A stretch of DNA of 64,000 nt from an uncultured Hyphomicrobiales bacterium. GTDB lineage: Bacteria; Pseudomonadota; Alphaproteobacteria; Rhizobiales; Beijerinckiaceae. Below, in pieces: positions 10,398 through 19,972 of the stretch. Location of the stretch: the NCBI GenBank assembly GCA_903851305.1, contig CAINNX010000087.1, positions 5,169 to 69,168 of the forward strand, in the 5' to 3' direction. A program made the position numbers and the translations under genes. Within the stretch, counting starts at the first letter, position 1. Each line of letters begins with the position of its first letter. The notes under the pieces were generated by a model. The model ran no database searches, was not told where the DNA came from, and saw nothing but the letters and a program-made list of their open reading frames with translations.

Positions 10398-11519
10398 TTA
10401 GCCCCAGACTTCTTGCGCCAGAGAGACGACCATCTCCAGTTTGGCACGTTGATCAGCCTGCGTCAGCGGATTACCGGGGACGGATGAGGCAAATCCACAT
10501 TGCGCCGAGAGCGCCAGCTGGTCCAGCGAGACTATTTTGGCGGCATCATCCAGACGTTTGCGCACCAGAGCCCGATCTTCAAGCTGTGGAACCTTTGAGG
10601 AGATGAGGCCGAGCACCACCATTTTGTCAGATGGCAAATGGCGCAATGGGTCAAATGTGCCCGCACGTGGCGTATCGAACTCCATGAGATAGGTCTGGAT
10701 GCGCACTTTCTTGAACAGCCGCTCAGCGACCAGATCATAGCCACCTTCCGCCTGCCAATGGCCGGCCTGATTGCCGCGGCACAAATGCATGGCGATATGC
10801 ATGCCCTTGGGCGCACCATCAACAACAGCGTTCATCGCATCGGTGTAGACTTCGATCAGCTCGCGCCAATCATCGCCACGCGCAGCCAATGCTTGCTGGA
10901 TTTTCGGATCGCCCAATTTGGCGAGTGATGTTTCATCCAACTGCAGATAGCGACAACCCGCATCATACAAAGCCTGCATTTCGGCATGATAGGCCTTGGC
11001 CAGATCGTTCCAGAAATCGGCGAGATTGGGATAGACGTCGGCAGAAATATTGGCGCGGCCTGAGCGATAGTGAATGTAGCAGGGGCCGGGCAAAGTGATT
11101 TTCGGCGTGGCCGTTTTCACATTGGCCTTCAGGAACGCAAAGTCCGGTGCGTTGACGGAGGCTGCCCAGCGCAGGGGCGAGGAGACAACCGGCACACGCG
11201 CGGCGCGCTTGCCGCCTTGGCCATCAGAATAGGCCCAGTCACCGCCGCCCACATGTTCGCTGCGCACACCGGTGAGGCCTTGCGTGGTGAAATTTTCCGA
11301 ATAGGTGGAGCGGCGGAATTCGCCATCGGTTGCGACCTTGAGGCCAACGGCCTCCTGCATGGCAATGACCTTGCGGATTTCTTCATCTTCAATGGCACGC
11401 AATTGCGGGTGGCTGATGCGCCCTTCGTGATGGGCATCGCGCGCCGCTTTAATGGCGTCAGGACGCAGGAACGAGCCAACGATTTCCGCGCGGAATGGGG
11501 GATTGTGGGACAAGGACAT
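10398..11519 (-). CDS. Cobalamin-independent methionine synthase catalytic-domain-only protein (MetE-core/YxjH-like Zn enzyme)
   Basis: RAEIVGSFLRP, TDGEFRR and LQLDE motifs. Zn ligands in MHLCRGN, MEFD and QCGFAS. Only 373 aa (a single barrel). Confidence 0.85.
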   Translation of the reverse strand: MSLSHNPPFRAEIVGSFLRPDAIKAARDAHHEGRISHPQLRAIEDEEIRKVIAMQEAVGLKVATDGEFRRSTYSENFTTQGLTGVRSEHVGGGDWAYSDGQGGKRAARVPVVSSPLRWAASVNAPDFAFLKANVKTATPKITLPGPCYIHYRSGRANISADVYPNLADFWNDLAKAYHAEMQALYDAGCRYLQLDETSLAKLGDPKIQQALAARGDDWRELIEVYTDAMNAVVDGAPKGMHIAMHLCRGNQAGHWQAEGGYDLVAERLFKKVRIQTYLMEFDTPRAGTFDPLRHLPSDKMVVLGLISSKVPQLEDRALVRKRLDDAAKIVSLDQLALSAQCGFASSVPGNPLTQADQRAKLEMVVSLAQEVWG

Positions 11520-11539
11520 TTGGTTTCCTCTTCTTGTTC

Positions 11540-12571
11540 TTATTTGGAGCCGATGGCCGCGCGGGCCGCCTCGATAATGTTGGGCGGCAGATCGAAAATG
11601 CGATTGACGATCTGCGCCATTTCCGTGCCCGAGATCGGCGACACATCAAGCTTCAGCCGTTCGGCCTCAGCCTTGAGGTCGGGATCGCTCATGGTTTTCA
11701 TGAAGGCTGTGCGCAAAGCCTCCAGCCGCTCTGGCGGCACTTCGGGGGCCGCGATAAAGGGACGGCCAAACGTCAGCGGCTCATAATGCACCTGCATGAT
11801 CTGCTGCTGCTCTTTGGTCTTGGCGTAGGAATAGGCGAGTGGCACGCCTTCCTTGTCGAGCTGCGGTTCGGAGCGCATGCCTTCTTGAGCGACCACGCGG
11901 ATGAATTTGTCTTTCACCCATTGTGCCTTTTGCACGGAGACTGTTGACCATCCGATTCCGCATGTGCCCTGCACTTCACCTTTTTCAATGGCGAGCAGGA
12001 TTTCTGTAGAGCCTGGATAGCCTGAAACGATCTTAAAATTGGCGTTGAAGACGCTGTTCAAAAGCAGCGGAAAATCGCGTGTCGAACCACCCGCCGCGCT
12101 CGCGCCAATCAGCACATTGCCTTTGAGAAACTCGTCGAAGTTTTTGGCCGGTGCGTCGGCGCGAATGATGCAGACATACAGCTCATTATTGGCGCTGCCG
12201 ATAAACGACAATTTGCGCGCATCATATTTCACTTTGCCCTTGTCGCCGATAAGCGGCTCCATAATGGCGCCGGGAAAGATTGCGCCCATGACCGTGCCGT
12301 CTTTTGGGGCCGCAATGGCAATATGCTGGGTGGCGACAATCGAGCCCGCGCCCGCCATATTGCTCACCACCACGGTCGGGGAGCCGGGAATATGTTTGCC
12401 GATGGCGCGCGCCACGAGGCGTCCGTAGAGATCGTACCCGCCGCCTGCTGACGACCCGACGATCATCTGGACATTTTTGCCGCGATAGAAATTGGCGACT
12501 TCTTCTTGCGCCTGTGCCGCACCCGCAATGAGTGTTGCGGTCAGCGCAAGGCCCGCGCCCCACTTGGTCAT
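11540..12571 (-). CDS. Bug/TctC-family tripartite tricarboxylate transporter substrate-binding protein
   Basis: Signal peptide, then FYRGKNVQMIVGSSAGGGYDLYGR, VVVSNMAGAG and GYPG. ATG 12571 follows a GGAGG RBS. Confidence 0.88.
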   Translation of the reverse strand: MTKWGAGLALTATLIAGAAQAQEEVANFYRGKNVQMIVGSSAGGGYDLYGRLVARAIGKHIPGSPTVVVSNMAGAGSIVATQHIAIAAPKDGTVMGAIFPGAIMEPLIGDKGKVKYDARKLSFIGSANNELYVCIIRADAPAKNFDEFLKGNVLIGASAAGGSTRDFPLLLNSVFNANFKIVSGYPGSTEILLAIEKGEVQGTCGIGWSTVSVQKAQWVKDKFIRVVAQEGMRSEPQLDKEGVPLAYSYAKTKEQQQIMQVHYEPLTFGRPFIAAPEVPPERLEALRTAFMKTMSDPDLKAEAERLKLDVSPISGTEMAQIVNRIFDLPPNIIEAARAAIGSK

Positions 12572-12732
12572 ATATGCCTCCCTAAAGCCGCCACTGTGTC
12601 GCGGCGCATTTCTGCCACCATGCCATAAGGGCATGCGAGGTCAACCGCTTGGAGGCGTTTTGCGTCCCATCTTGACAGTTTTGGCGCGGGCCTGTCCGAT
12701 AGCAAAAAAACATGAAGGGCGAGGGCGGGCAA

Positions 12733-13725
12733 ATGCAGGTTGGGGTTTTCGATCATCTCGACAATGCGACTTTGCCGATCGCCCAATTTCTGGATGAGCG
12801 GCTCGCGCTGATTGAGGCCTATGACCGGGCCGGTTTCTACGCCTACCATCTGGCCGAACATCACGGCACACAATTGGGCATGGCGCCGTCGCCCAATGTG
12901 TTTCTGGCCTCCGTGGCCCAGTGCACGAAAAAGATCCGTCTTGGCCCTATGGTTTATGCGCTGCCGCTCTATCATCCGCTGCGGCTGGCCCAAGAAATCT
13001 GCATGCTCGACCAATTGAGCCATGGCCGGCTCATTGTCGGTTTTGGGCGCGGGTCTTCGCCTGCTGAATTGCGTTTTTACGGAATTGATCCGGCCGAAGC
13101 CGAGGCGATTTTCAAAGAACGCCTCCCGCTCGTGCTGGAGGCTCTGCAGACAGGTGTCTATCGCGAGCCCGGACGCGCCGCGCCATTGGATGAAATCGAG
13201 CTGAAGGTGGAGGTGCTGCAAAAGCCGATGCCGCCCGTTTGGTATGGCGTGCATTCGCCAGACAGCGCGACACGGGCCGCGCAGCGTCGCTGGCAGACCA
13301 TTTCGCTTGATGCCGCAGAAGAAGCGCGCGACTGCTCGCAGGCCTATCGCGCCGCTTTGCCGAGTGGCGAGGGTGCTGACCTTCTCTTGGGGTTAGGGCG
13401 CTTTATTGTGGTGGCGGAAACGGATGCCAAGGCGCAGGCCATTGCGCGGCGCGCTTACCCGTTCTGGCACAAGGCTTTCACGCATCTGGCGCGCAAGCTG
13501 GGCTCGACCGCACGCCATCCCCGTCCTGACACTTGGGATCAATTGCACGGGCAAGGCAAGGGCATTGCCGGCTCGCCCGCAACGGTGGCGCAATTTCTGT
13601 CAGAGCAGTTGCGCGTGTCGGAATGCAATTATCTTGTCGGTCAATTTGCCTTTGGCGACCAGTCGAGCGCGGAATTGCAGACCTCGCTGGAATTGTTCCG
13701 CACGCAGGTCTGGCCGCAATTATAA
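12733..13725 (+). CDS. Luciferase-like (LLM class) flavin-dependent monooxygenase
   Basis: YHLAEHH, PSPNVFLA, IRLGPMV, RLAQEICMLDQLSHGRLIVGFGRG and IAGSP motifs. Confidence 0.9.
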   Translation: MQVGVFDHLDNATLPIAQFLDERLALIEAYDRAGFYAYHLAEHHGTQLGMAPSPNVFLASVAQCTKKIRLGPMVYALPLYHPLRLAQEICMLDQLSHGRLIVGFGRGSSPAELRFYGIDPAEAEAIFKERLPLVLEALQTGVYREPGRAAPLDEIELKVEVLQKPMPPVWYGVHSPDSATRAAQRRWQTISLDAAEEARDCSQAYRAALPSGEGADLLLGLGRFIVVAETDAKAQAIARRAYPFWHKAFTHLARKLGSTARHPRPDTWDQLHGQGKGIAGSPATVAQFLSEQLRVSECNYLVGQFAFGDQSSAELQTSLELFRTQVWPQL

Positions 13726-13728
13726 TCC

Positions 13729-13815
13729 CGTCATTGCGAGGAGGCCGCTAGGCCGACGCGGCAATCCATGGGCGCATGATGCGACATGGATTGCTTCGCT
13801 TTGCTCGCAATGACG
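13729..13815. repeat. 87-bp CGTC-tagged palindromic (REP-like) element, copy 1
   Basis: Terminal inverted repeat CGTCATTGCGAG...CTCGCAATGACG and internal inverted repeat GCAATCCATG...CATGGATTGC. Lies between convergent genes. Confidence 0.88.
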
Positions 13816-13827
13816 AGGATGGCCTTG

Positions 13828-14814
13828 TTACACCCGGTCGGTGCCGCGCTTGCGGCCTTGCTCGACATTGAGGAAGAGCTGATCAAGGCTCATCTTGTTC
13901 TTCGTCAAGCCCTGTTCATGGGAATAGCCAACCAGCGTTTCCAGATTGTGGATGTTCTTGTCGGTCATGCCATATTCCCACGGGTCTTTGCCGAGCAATT
14001 CTTCCTGCTCTTCCCACGCTTCGCGATACCAGACCACGGGCGCAATGCGCGGGTTTTCCATTCGCTTCATGCCAATGCGCTTGGCCTCGTTGAAGGCCTT
14101 ATAGAGTTCGACAGGCACCCACGGATATTTTTCGACAATGGAATTGCGAATGCCCATGACATGCATGATCGGGAAGATCTGCGTCTTTTTGTAATAGGCG
14201 ATTTCGTCATTCTTATAGTCAGGGAAGAGGCGGCCGACATTCGGATTGCCCTCGAGGAAGGGCAAGATCAGATCAGGATGCAGCACCGCATCGAGCTCGC
14301 CTGACACCAGCATTTTCTCGACCGATTGATCGTCGGCCAGGCGCGTCAGTTTGAGATCAGCCGGCGGCACGAATTCGACATCTTCATCGATTTCAGAAAA
14401 CCATTCGCAGCTCTTGTGCGGCACGTCATATTCATGTTCGAGAATGCCGCGCAGCCACAGGATGGCTGACACCTGATAGGATTTCACACCGATCTTCTTG
14501 CCGATGAGATCCTTGGGCGATTTGATGCCCTTGTCGGTGTTGATGAAGATGAAGCCATGGCGGAAGCGGCGATGCAGGAAGACCGGCAGAGAACTGATCG
14601 CAAAGCCCTGGTCGCGCGCGATGAGATAGGATGAGCTGGACAATTCGGCGACATCGAATTCGCCGTTGCGCAGAAAGCGCCAATGGCGGGTCGAGGAATC
14701 CTGCTTGGTCACCATGGTGAGCTGGATGCCGTCGGGCTTGACCGTGCCCTCTTTGATGGCGCGCACTATTTCATAATCGCCGCAGGCCAGTGTCAGTTCG
14801 ATGTCGCGCGCCAT
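13828..14814 (-). CDS. 4,5-dihydroxyphthalate decarboxylase-like protein (periplasmic-binding-protein fold, no signal peptide)
   Basis: LTLACGDYE, EFDVAELSSSSY, PVFLHRRFRH and IFPIMHVMGIR motifs typical of this family. ATG 14814 follows a GAGGGA RBS. Confidence 0.75.
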   Translation of the reverse strand: MARDIELTLACGDYEIVRAIKEGTVKPDGIQLTMVTKQDSSTRHWRFLRNGEFDVAELSSSSYLIARDQGFAISSLPVFLHRRFRHGFIFINTDKGIKSPKDLIGKKIGVKSYQVSAILWLRGILEHEYDVPHKSCEWFSEIDEDVEFVPPADLKLTRLADDQSVEKMLVSGELDAVLHPDLILPFLEGNPNVGRLFPDYKNDEIAYYKKTQIFPIMHVMGIRNSIVEKYPWVPVELYKAFNEAKRIGMKRMENPRIAPVVWYREAWEEQEELLGKDPWEYGMTDKNIHNLETLVGYSHEQGLTKNKMSLDQLFLNVEQGRKRGTDRV

Positions 14815-14877
14815 TTTTGCTCCCTCATGTCTCTTGCTTTTCTTGGGTCGCGTTCCGCGTAAGGCGACGCGCGAAGC

Positions 14878-14896
14878 AGGGGTATAATCTACCCCT
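14878..14896. promoter_or_regulatory. Palindrome AGGGGTA-N5-TACCCCT containing TATAAT, candidate operator
   Basis: Perfect 7-bp inverted repeat in the short intergenic region between two divergent genes. Confidence 0.35.
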
Positions 14897-14979
14897 TTGG
14901 CCACAGGCCTTGCAAGCGGCGCGCCGGTGCCTAAACTGCGATCAAAGGCCTTGGTGCTTTAAAGAAAAGAATCGGGAGG

Positions 14980-16023
14980 ATGAGCATGTTTCGTCGCGCA
15001 ATCGGGGCCGCGCTGGCCCTCACCACCCTCACCGGGGTGGCGCAGGCGCAAGACCAGATGGCTGCTTTCTACAAGGGCCGCAATGTCTCGATTATCATCG
15101 GCTCGTCACCCGGCGGCGGCTACGATCTCTACGGGCGGCTGATCTCGCGCTATATCTCGCGACATATTCCCGGCACCCCGACCATTGTTGTGTCGAATAT
15201 GCCGGGTGCGGCGTCCAATATTGCGGCTTCCCATGTGTACAATGTCGTGCCCAAAGACGGCACGGTGATTGGTGCGCTTTTCATGGGCGCGGTTGTCGAT
15301 CCGTTGTTTGGTGATGTGAAACGCCAGACGCATGACATGTCGAAATTCAATTATATCGGCAATGCCAATTCTGATGCCTATGTCTGTCTGGTGCGCACCG
15401 ATGCGCCGGTGAAGACATTTGCCGATGCGTTTGAAAAAGAGCTGATCATGGGTGCATCAGCCGAGGGCGCCTCGACGCGAGATTTCCCCGCTCTGCTGCG
15501 CAATTTGCTAGGCGCAAAATTCAAGATTGTTGCGGGCTATCCCGGCACACGCGAGATCAATCTGGCGCTTGAGAAGGGCGAAGTGCAGGGCGCATGCGGC
15601 GAGACATGGTCGAGCGTAGCGGCAACTTATCCGACCTGGTTCAAAGACAATCTCGTCAAGCCGCTCGTGCAGGAAAGCAATGTCGACTATCCGCAACTCG
15701 ACAAAATGGGCGTGCCGTTGGCACGTGAATTTGCCAAGACCGACGAGCAGAAACAGCTTTTGGAATTGATTTATTCGCAGACGACCTTTGGGCGACCTTA
15801 TGTTGTAGCGCCCGGTGTGCCAGATGATCGTGTGGCCATGTTGCGCAAAGCGTTCATGAGCACGATGCACGACCCTGATCTAGTGGCAGAGGCACAACGC
15901 ATCAATCTGGATATTGATCCGATTGCTGGCGAGGAACTGCAGAAGATCATTGCCAAACTCTATGCAACGCCGCAGGCCTTGCTCGACAAAGCAAAGGCGG
16001 CTATTGCGTTTGGTAACAAGTAA
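14980..16023 (+). CDS. Bug/TctC-family substrate-binding protein (paralogue of 11540-12571)
   Basis: Signal peptide, then FYKGRNVSIIIGSSPGGGYDLYGR and GYPGTREINLALEKGEVQG. RBS GGGAGG. Confidence 0.88.
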   Translation: MSMFRRAIGAALALTTLTGVAQAQDQMAAFYKGRNVSIIIGSSPGGGYDLYGRLISRYISRHIPGTPTIVVSNMPGAASNIAASHVYNVVPKDGTVIGALFMGAVVDPLFGDVKRQTHDMSKFNYIGNANSDAYVCLVRTDAPVKTFADAFEKELIMGASAEGASTRDFPALLRNLLGAKFKIVAGYPGTREINLALEKGEVQGACGETWSSVAATYPTWFKDNLVKPLVQESNVDYPQLDKMGVPLAREFAKTDEQKQLLELIYSQTTFGRPYVVAPGVPDDRVAMLRKAFMSTMHDPDLVAEAQRINLDIDPIAGEELQKIIAKLYATPQALLDKAKAAIAFGNK

Positions 16024-16024
16024 T

Positions 16025-16111
16025 CGTCATTGCGAGCGCAGCGAAGCAATCCATTGAGGAGCATTCATCCATGGATTGCCGCGTCGGGCTAAAGCCCTCC
16101 TCGCAATGTCG
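16025..16111. repeat. 87-bp CGTC-tagged palindromic element, copy 2, inverted relative to copy 1
   Basis: CGTCATTGCGAGCGCAGCGAAGCAATCC...GGATTGCCGCGTCGG...CTCGCAATGTCG aligns end to end with the reverse complement of 13729-13815. Confidence 0.88.
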
Positions 16112-16120
16112 GGGAAGTGC

Positions 16121-17692
16121 TTACTCGCTTGCCACTTCGGCTGGTGCGTCTTCTGCTTCTGTAACCTTGAGCGGCTTCAGAACGACCGGCCGCAGCAGGA
16201 AGCTTGGGACGTGATCGCCAAGGCCCACCACCGGCGGGCCGTCATCGTCGTCACGATAGCGGCGGCGATCACCGCGATCATTTGAATTGCGGTCATTGCG
16301 CTCACGGCGCGGCTCATGACGCTGTTCGGCGCGCGCTTCAGGACGTGGGGCGCGCTCTGGGCGCGTCTCGCGTTCTTCCGCAACAGGTGCGGGAGCAGCA
16401 GCTTCAATCACTTCAACCTCTTCACGGGGCGCGCGCGGCGCGCGTTCAGAGCGTTCGCGGCGTGGTCCGCGCTCGGAGCGTTCACCACCGCGTTCACCGC
16501 CACGTTCACGACGACCACCACGGCCACGCGGGCGTTCTTCTTCAGAAGCCTCGCCTTCCGGCAATTCGCTGAGCGGCGGGCCGACCCAGTCAATCTTCTT
16601 GTTGATCAGTTTTTCGATGTCATCAAGATAGCGCTGATCTGCACGTGTGATGATGGTGTAGGCGACGCCCAAGCGTCCAGCGCGACCCGTGCGGCCGATG
16701 CGATGCACATAATCTTCAGCGTGATTGGGCACATCGAAATTGAACACATGCGAGACATCTGGAATGTCTAGCCCGCGGGCTGCCACATCCGAGCAAACAA
16801 GCAAGGTGATGTCACCATTCTTGAAGGCATCCAGCGAGGCCATGCGAGCACGCTGGTCCATGTCTCCATGCAAAGCGCCAACAGCAAAGCCGTGCTTCTG
16901 AAGCGACTTGTGCAAAATGGCGACATCGCGTTTGCGATTGCAGAAGACGATCGCATTTTTCAGATCGACCGCGTCACGCAGTAGTCGTCGCAAGGTTTCG
17001 CGCTTCTGACCACCACCATGCGAGGCGACAACGCCCTGCGTGATGGTTGTCGCAGTTGAGGAGGCACGTGCCACTTCAACGCGGGCGGGATTGTGCAAAA
17101 ACTGTTCGGTCAGGCGCGTGATTTCTGGCGGCATGGTGGCCGAGAAAAACAGCGTCTGGCGAGTGAAGGGCACAAGCTTGCAGATCTTCTCAATGTCCGG
17201 GATGAAGCCCATGTCGAGCATGCGATCAGCTTCGTCAATGACGAGAATTTCAATGCCGGTGAGCAGCAGTTTGCCGCGCTCGGCGAAATCAAGCAGACGT
17301 CCGGGTGTGGCAATCAGCACGTCAGCGCCGCGCATGATCTTGGCTTCTTGGTCAGCGAAAGACACGCCGCCAATCAGCAATGCGACATTGACCTTATGAT
17401 TGACGCCATATTTGACGAAACTCTCTTCGACCTGCGCTGCGAGTTCGCGCGTGGGTTCCAGAATGAGTGTGCGTGGCATGCGGGCGCGGGCGCGTCCGCT
17501 TTCCAGACGTGACAACATGGGCAGCGTGAAAGCTGCTGTCTTGCCGGTGCCTGTTTGGGCAATCCCCAACACATCGCGTCCTGCGAGGGCGTGGGGGATA
17601 GCTTGTTCCTGAATGGGGGTCGGGCTTGTGTAGCCTGAGGCTACAACGGCTTGGAGGACTTTCTCGCTGAGGCCGAGTTCATCGAATGTCAT
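16121..17692 (-). CDS. DEAD-box RNA helicase (RhlE-like)
   Basis: Q motif PTPIQ, AQTGTGKT, PTRELA, DEAD, SAT, ARGLD and HRIGRTGR. Charged low-complexity C-terminal tail. Confidence 0.95.
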   Translation of the reverse strand: MTFDELGLSEKVLQAVVASGYTSPTPIQEQAIPHALAGRDVLGIAQTGTGKTAAFTLPMLSRLESGRARARMPRTLILEPTRELAAQVEESFVKYGVNHKVNVALLIGGVSFADQEAKIMRGADVLIATPGRLLDFAERGKLLLTGIEILVIDEADRMLDMGFIPDIEKICKLVPFTRQTLFFSATMPPEITRLTEQFLHNPARVEVARASSTATTITQGVVASHGGGQKRETLRRLLRDAVDLKNAIVFCNRKRDVAILHKSLQKHGFAVGALHGDMDQRARMASLDAFKNGDITLLVCSDVAARGLDIPDVSHVFNFDVPNHAEDYVHRIGRTGRAGRLGVAYTIITRADQRYLDDIEKLINKKIDWVGPPLSELPEGEASEEERPRGRGGRRERGGERGGERSERGPRRERSERAPRAPREEVEVIEAAAPAPVAEERETRPERAPRPEARAEQRHEPRRERNDRNSNDRGDRRRYRDDDDGPPVVGLGDHVPSFLLRPVVLKPLKVTEAEDAPAEVASE

Positions 17693-17831
17693 AAGTGGGT
17701 TTGCCTAACGCAGCGGGCTTAGGGCCAATGGCCACCGCTGACTTGCGCGAAACGAATTTTTCGGGAGCACGCTGCAGAGGTGCAGCGGAACGGGTGGACG
17801 GGCTCGCGCGGAGGCCGGTGCACCAGATGCA

Positions 17832-17859
17832 GCAATAGACGGAACGGGACGTAAGTCAA
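17832..17859 (-). promoter_or_regulatory. Candidate sigma70 promoter of the DEAD-box helicase
   Basis: Minus strand TTGACT-N16-TATTGC, about 140 bp upstream of the ATG. Confidence 0.3.
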
Positions 17860-17911
17860 TGAAAAAGGGGCTCAGCCAGCCTTTTCAGCCATGGCTAGAA
17901 CCCCAAGCTCC

Positions 17912-19972
17912 TTAAATATCAACCAGTTCCTTGGATGCCGCAAAGCTGGCTCGCTCCTGGATGAAGGCAAAACGGGCCTCCGGCTTGTTGCCCATGAGTC
18001 GCTCGACTGAGGAGGAGGTTTCGTCACGGTCCTCTGGTGCAATGACGACTTTGAGCAGGGTCCGCTTGCGCGGGTCCATGGTCGTCTCTTTGAGCTGTGC
18101 GGGAAGCATTTCGCCAAGGCCTTTGAAGCGGCTCATCTCCACTTTACCTCGCCCGGTGAAAAGCGTGCGCATCAACTCTTCACGATGCGCATCATTGCGC
18201 GCATAGGCGGTCTTGGAGCCCTGCGTCATTTTGTAGAGTGGTGGCACAGCCAGATAGAGATGTCCTTGGTCAATGAGCTTGGGCATCTGGCGATAAAAGA
18301 AGGTGATCAGCAGCGAGGCAATATGAGCGCCGTCGACGTCAGCATCGGTCATGATGATGATTTTGTCGTAGCGCAGCTCGTCAGGCTTGTAATGCGAGCC
18401 GGTGCCAGCTCCCAGTGCGAGGACGAGATCACCGATTTGCTGGTTGGCTGCCAGCTTGTCGCGTGTGGCCGATGCGACATTCAAGATCTTGCCGCGTAAA
18501 GGCAGCACAGCTTGGGTTGCGCGATCGCGCGCTTGCTTGGCTGAGCCACCGGCCGAGTCACCTTCGACAATGAACAGTTCGGAGTTTTCCGAATTATTGT
18601 TGGTGCAATCTGCCAGCTTGCCCGGCAGGCGCAGTTTGCGCGTAGCGCTCTTGCGCGCGATGTCTTTTTCCGCACGACGACGCAGACGTTCTTCGGAGCG
18701 CTCAACTGTCCAGTCAAGGAGTTTCAGGGCTGTGGTCGGTGCAGAGGCAAGCCAATGATCGAAGGCATCGCGCACTGTATTTTCAACGATCTTGGCTGCT
18801 TCGACCGTCATCAGACGGCCCTTGTTCTGGCCTTGGAATTCTGGTTCGCGAATGAACACAGAAATGAGCCCAGCGCAGGTCGCCATCACGTCATCGCTGG
18901 TGACGTTGGAAAAGCGCTTGGATTGATTGACGCGCTCAGCGTGATCTTTCAATCCACGCAGCAAGGCAGAGCGCAGGCCGGATTCATGCGTGCCGCCATC
19001 AGCGGTGGGAATGGTGTTGCAATAGGAGTGCACAAAGCCATCATCATTGACGAGCCAGGAGACAGCCCATTCCAGCGAGCCATGCCCGCCTGGTTTTTCC
19101 ACTTTGCCTGTGAAGGCCTGTTCGACGACTTGCTCTTTGCCTTCGATATCCTGCGCCAGATAATCTTTCAGGCCGCCGGGGAAATGAAACACAGCTTCTG
19201 GCGGGATTTCGCTATTGGCAACAAGTTCTGGCGCGCAATGCCAGCGGATTTCGACGCCGCCAAACAAATAGGCTTTTGAACGCGACATGCGGAAAAGGCG
19301 GGCGGGTTTGAAACGTACCGTCTTGCCGAAAATTTCAGGATCAGGGCGAAAGCGCACGCGCGTGCCGCGCCGGTTGGGCGCTTTGCCAACGGTCTCGAGT
19401 TTGCTCTTTACCAACCCTTGTTCAAAAATCTGGCGATAGAGAACCTGTCCGCGCGCGACTTCGACTTCGAGGCGCTCGGACAAAGCATTGACCACTGAAA
19501 TACCCACGCCATGCAGGCCGCCCGAGGTCTGGTAGGCGCCGGAGTCAAACTTACCGCCGGCATGCAGCACGGTCATGATGACTTCAAGTGCGGATTTCTT
19601 CGGATATTTGGGGTGCGGGTCAATCGGGATGCCGCGGCCATTGTCGGTCACGGTGAGCCAGCCTTCGGCATCCAGTTCAACATCGATAAAGGTCGCGTGG
19701 CCCGCGACCGCCTCATCCATGGAATTGTCGATGACTTCGGCAAACAGGTGGTGGAGGGCGGCTTCATCTGTGCCGCCGATATACATGCCGGGGCGACGGC
19801 GAACGGGCTCGAGGCCTTCCAGCACTTCAATGGAGGCAGCTGTATAGCCCGCCTCAGTGGGCGTGCCATTGGTCTTGCGCGGCTCAGCAACCGCCTTGCC
19901 GGGTTTGGATGTGTCAGCCTTGGCCTTGCGGGCATTGCCGCCTGTGCCGAAGAGATCGCGATCTGACGCCAT
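17912..19972 (-). CDS. parE: DNA topoisomerase IV subunit B
   Basis: EVIDNSMDE, SGGLHGVGISVVNALS, EGDSAGGS, PLRGKILN and MTDADVDG motifs. Lacks the long GyrB insertion. Confidence 0.92.
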   Translation of the reverse strand: MASDRDLFGTGGNARKAKADTSKPGKAVAEPRKTNGTPTEAGYTAASIEVLEGLEPVRRRPGMYIGGTDEAALHHLFAEVIDNSMDEAVAGHATFIDVELDAEGWLTVTDNGRGIPIDPHPKYPKKSALEVIMTVLHAGGKFDSGAYQTSGGLHGVGISVVNALSERLEVEVARGQVLYRQIFEQGLVKSKLETVGKAPNRRGTRVRFRPDPEIFGKTVRFKPARLFRMSRSKAYLFGGVEIRWHCAPELVANSEIPPEAVFHFPGGLKDYLAQDIEGKEQVVEQAFTGKVEKPGGHGSLEWAVSWLVNDDGFVHSYCNTIPTADGGTHESGLRSALLRGLKDHAERVNQSKRFSNVTSDDVMATCAGLISVFIREPEFQGQNKGRLMTVEAAKIVENTVRDAFDHWLASAPTTALKLLDWTVERSEERLRRRAEKDIARKSATRKLRLPGKLADCTNNNSENSELFIVEGDSAGGSAKQARDRATQAVLPLRGKILNVASATRDKLAANQQIGDLVLALGAGTGSHYKPDELRYDKIIIMTDADVDGAHIASLLITFFYRQMPKLIDQGHLYLAVPPLYKMTQGSKTAYARNDAHREELMRTLFTGRGKVEMSRFKGLGEMLPAQLKETTMDPRKRTLLKVVIAPEDRDETSSSVERLMGNKPEARFAFIQERASFAASKELVDI

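Noticed and set aside
13729-16111. CRISPR array or IS terminal inverted repeats
   Set aside because: There are only two copies, 2.2 kb apart, with no spacers, cas genes, transposase or target-site duplication.
16300-16560. Short tandem repeats (e.g. CGCGTTCACC) and R/E/G-rich sequence
   Set aside because: These encode the low-complexity tail of the DEAD-box helicase, which is common in this family.
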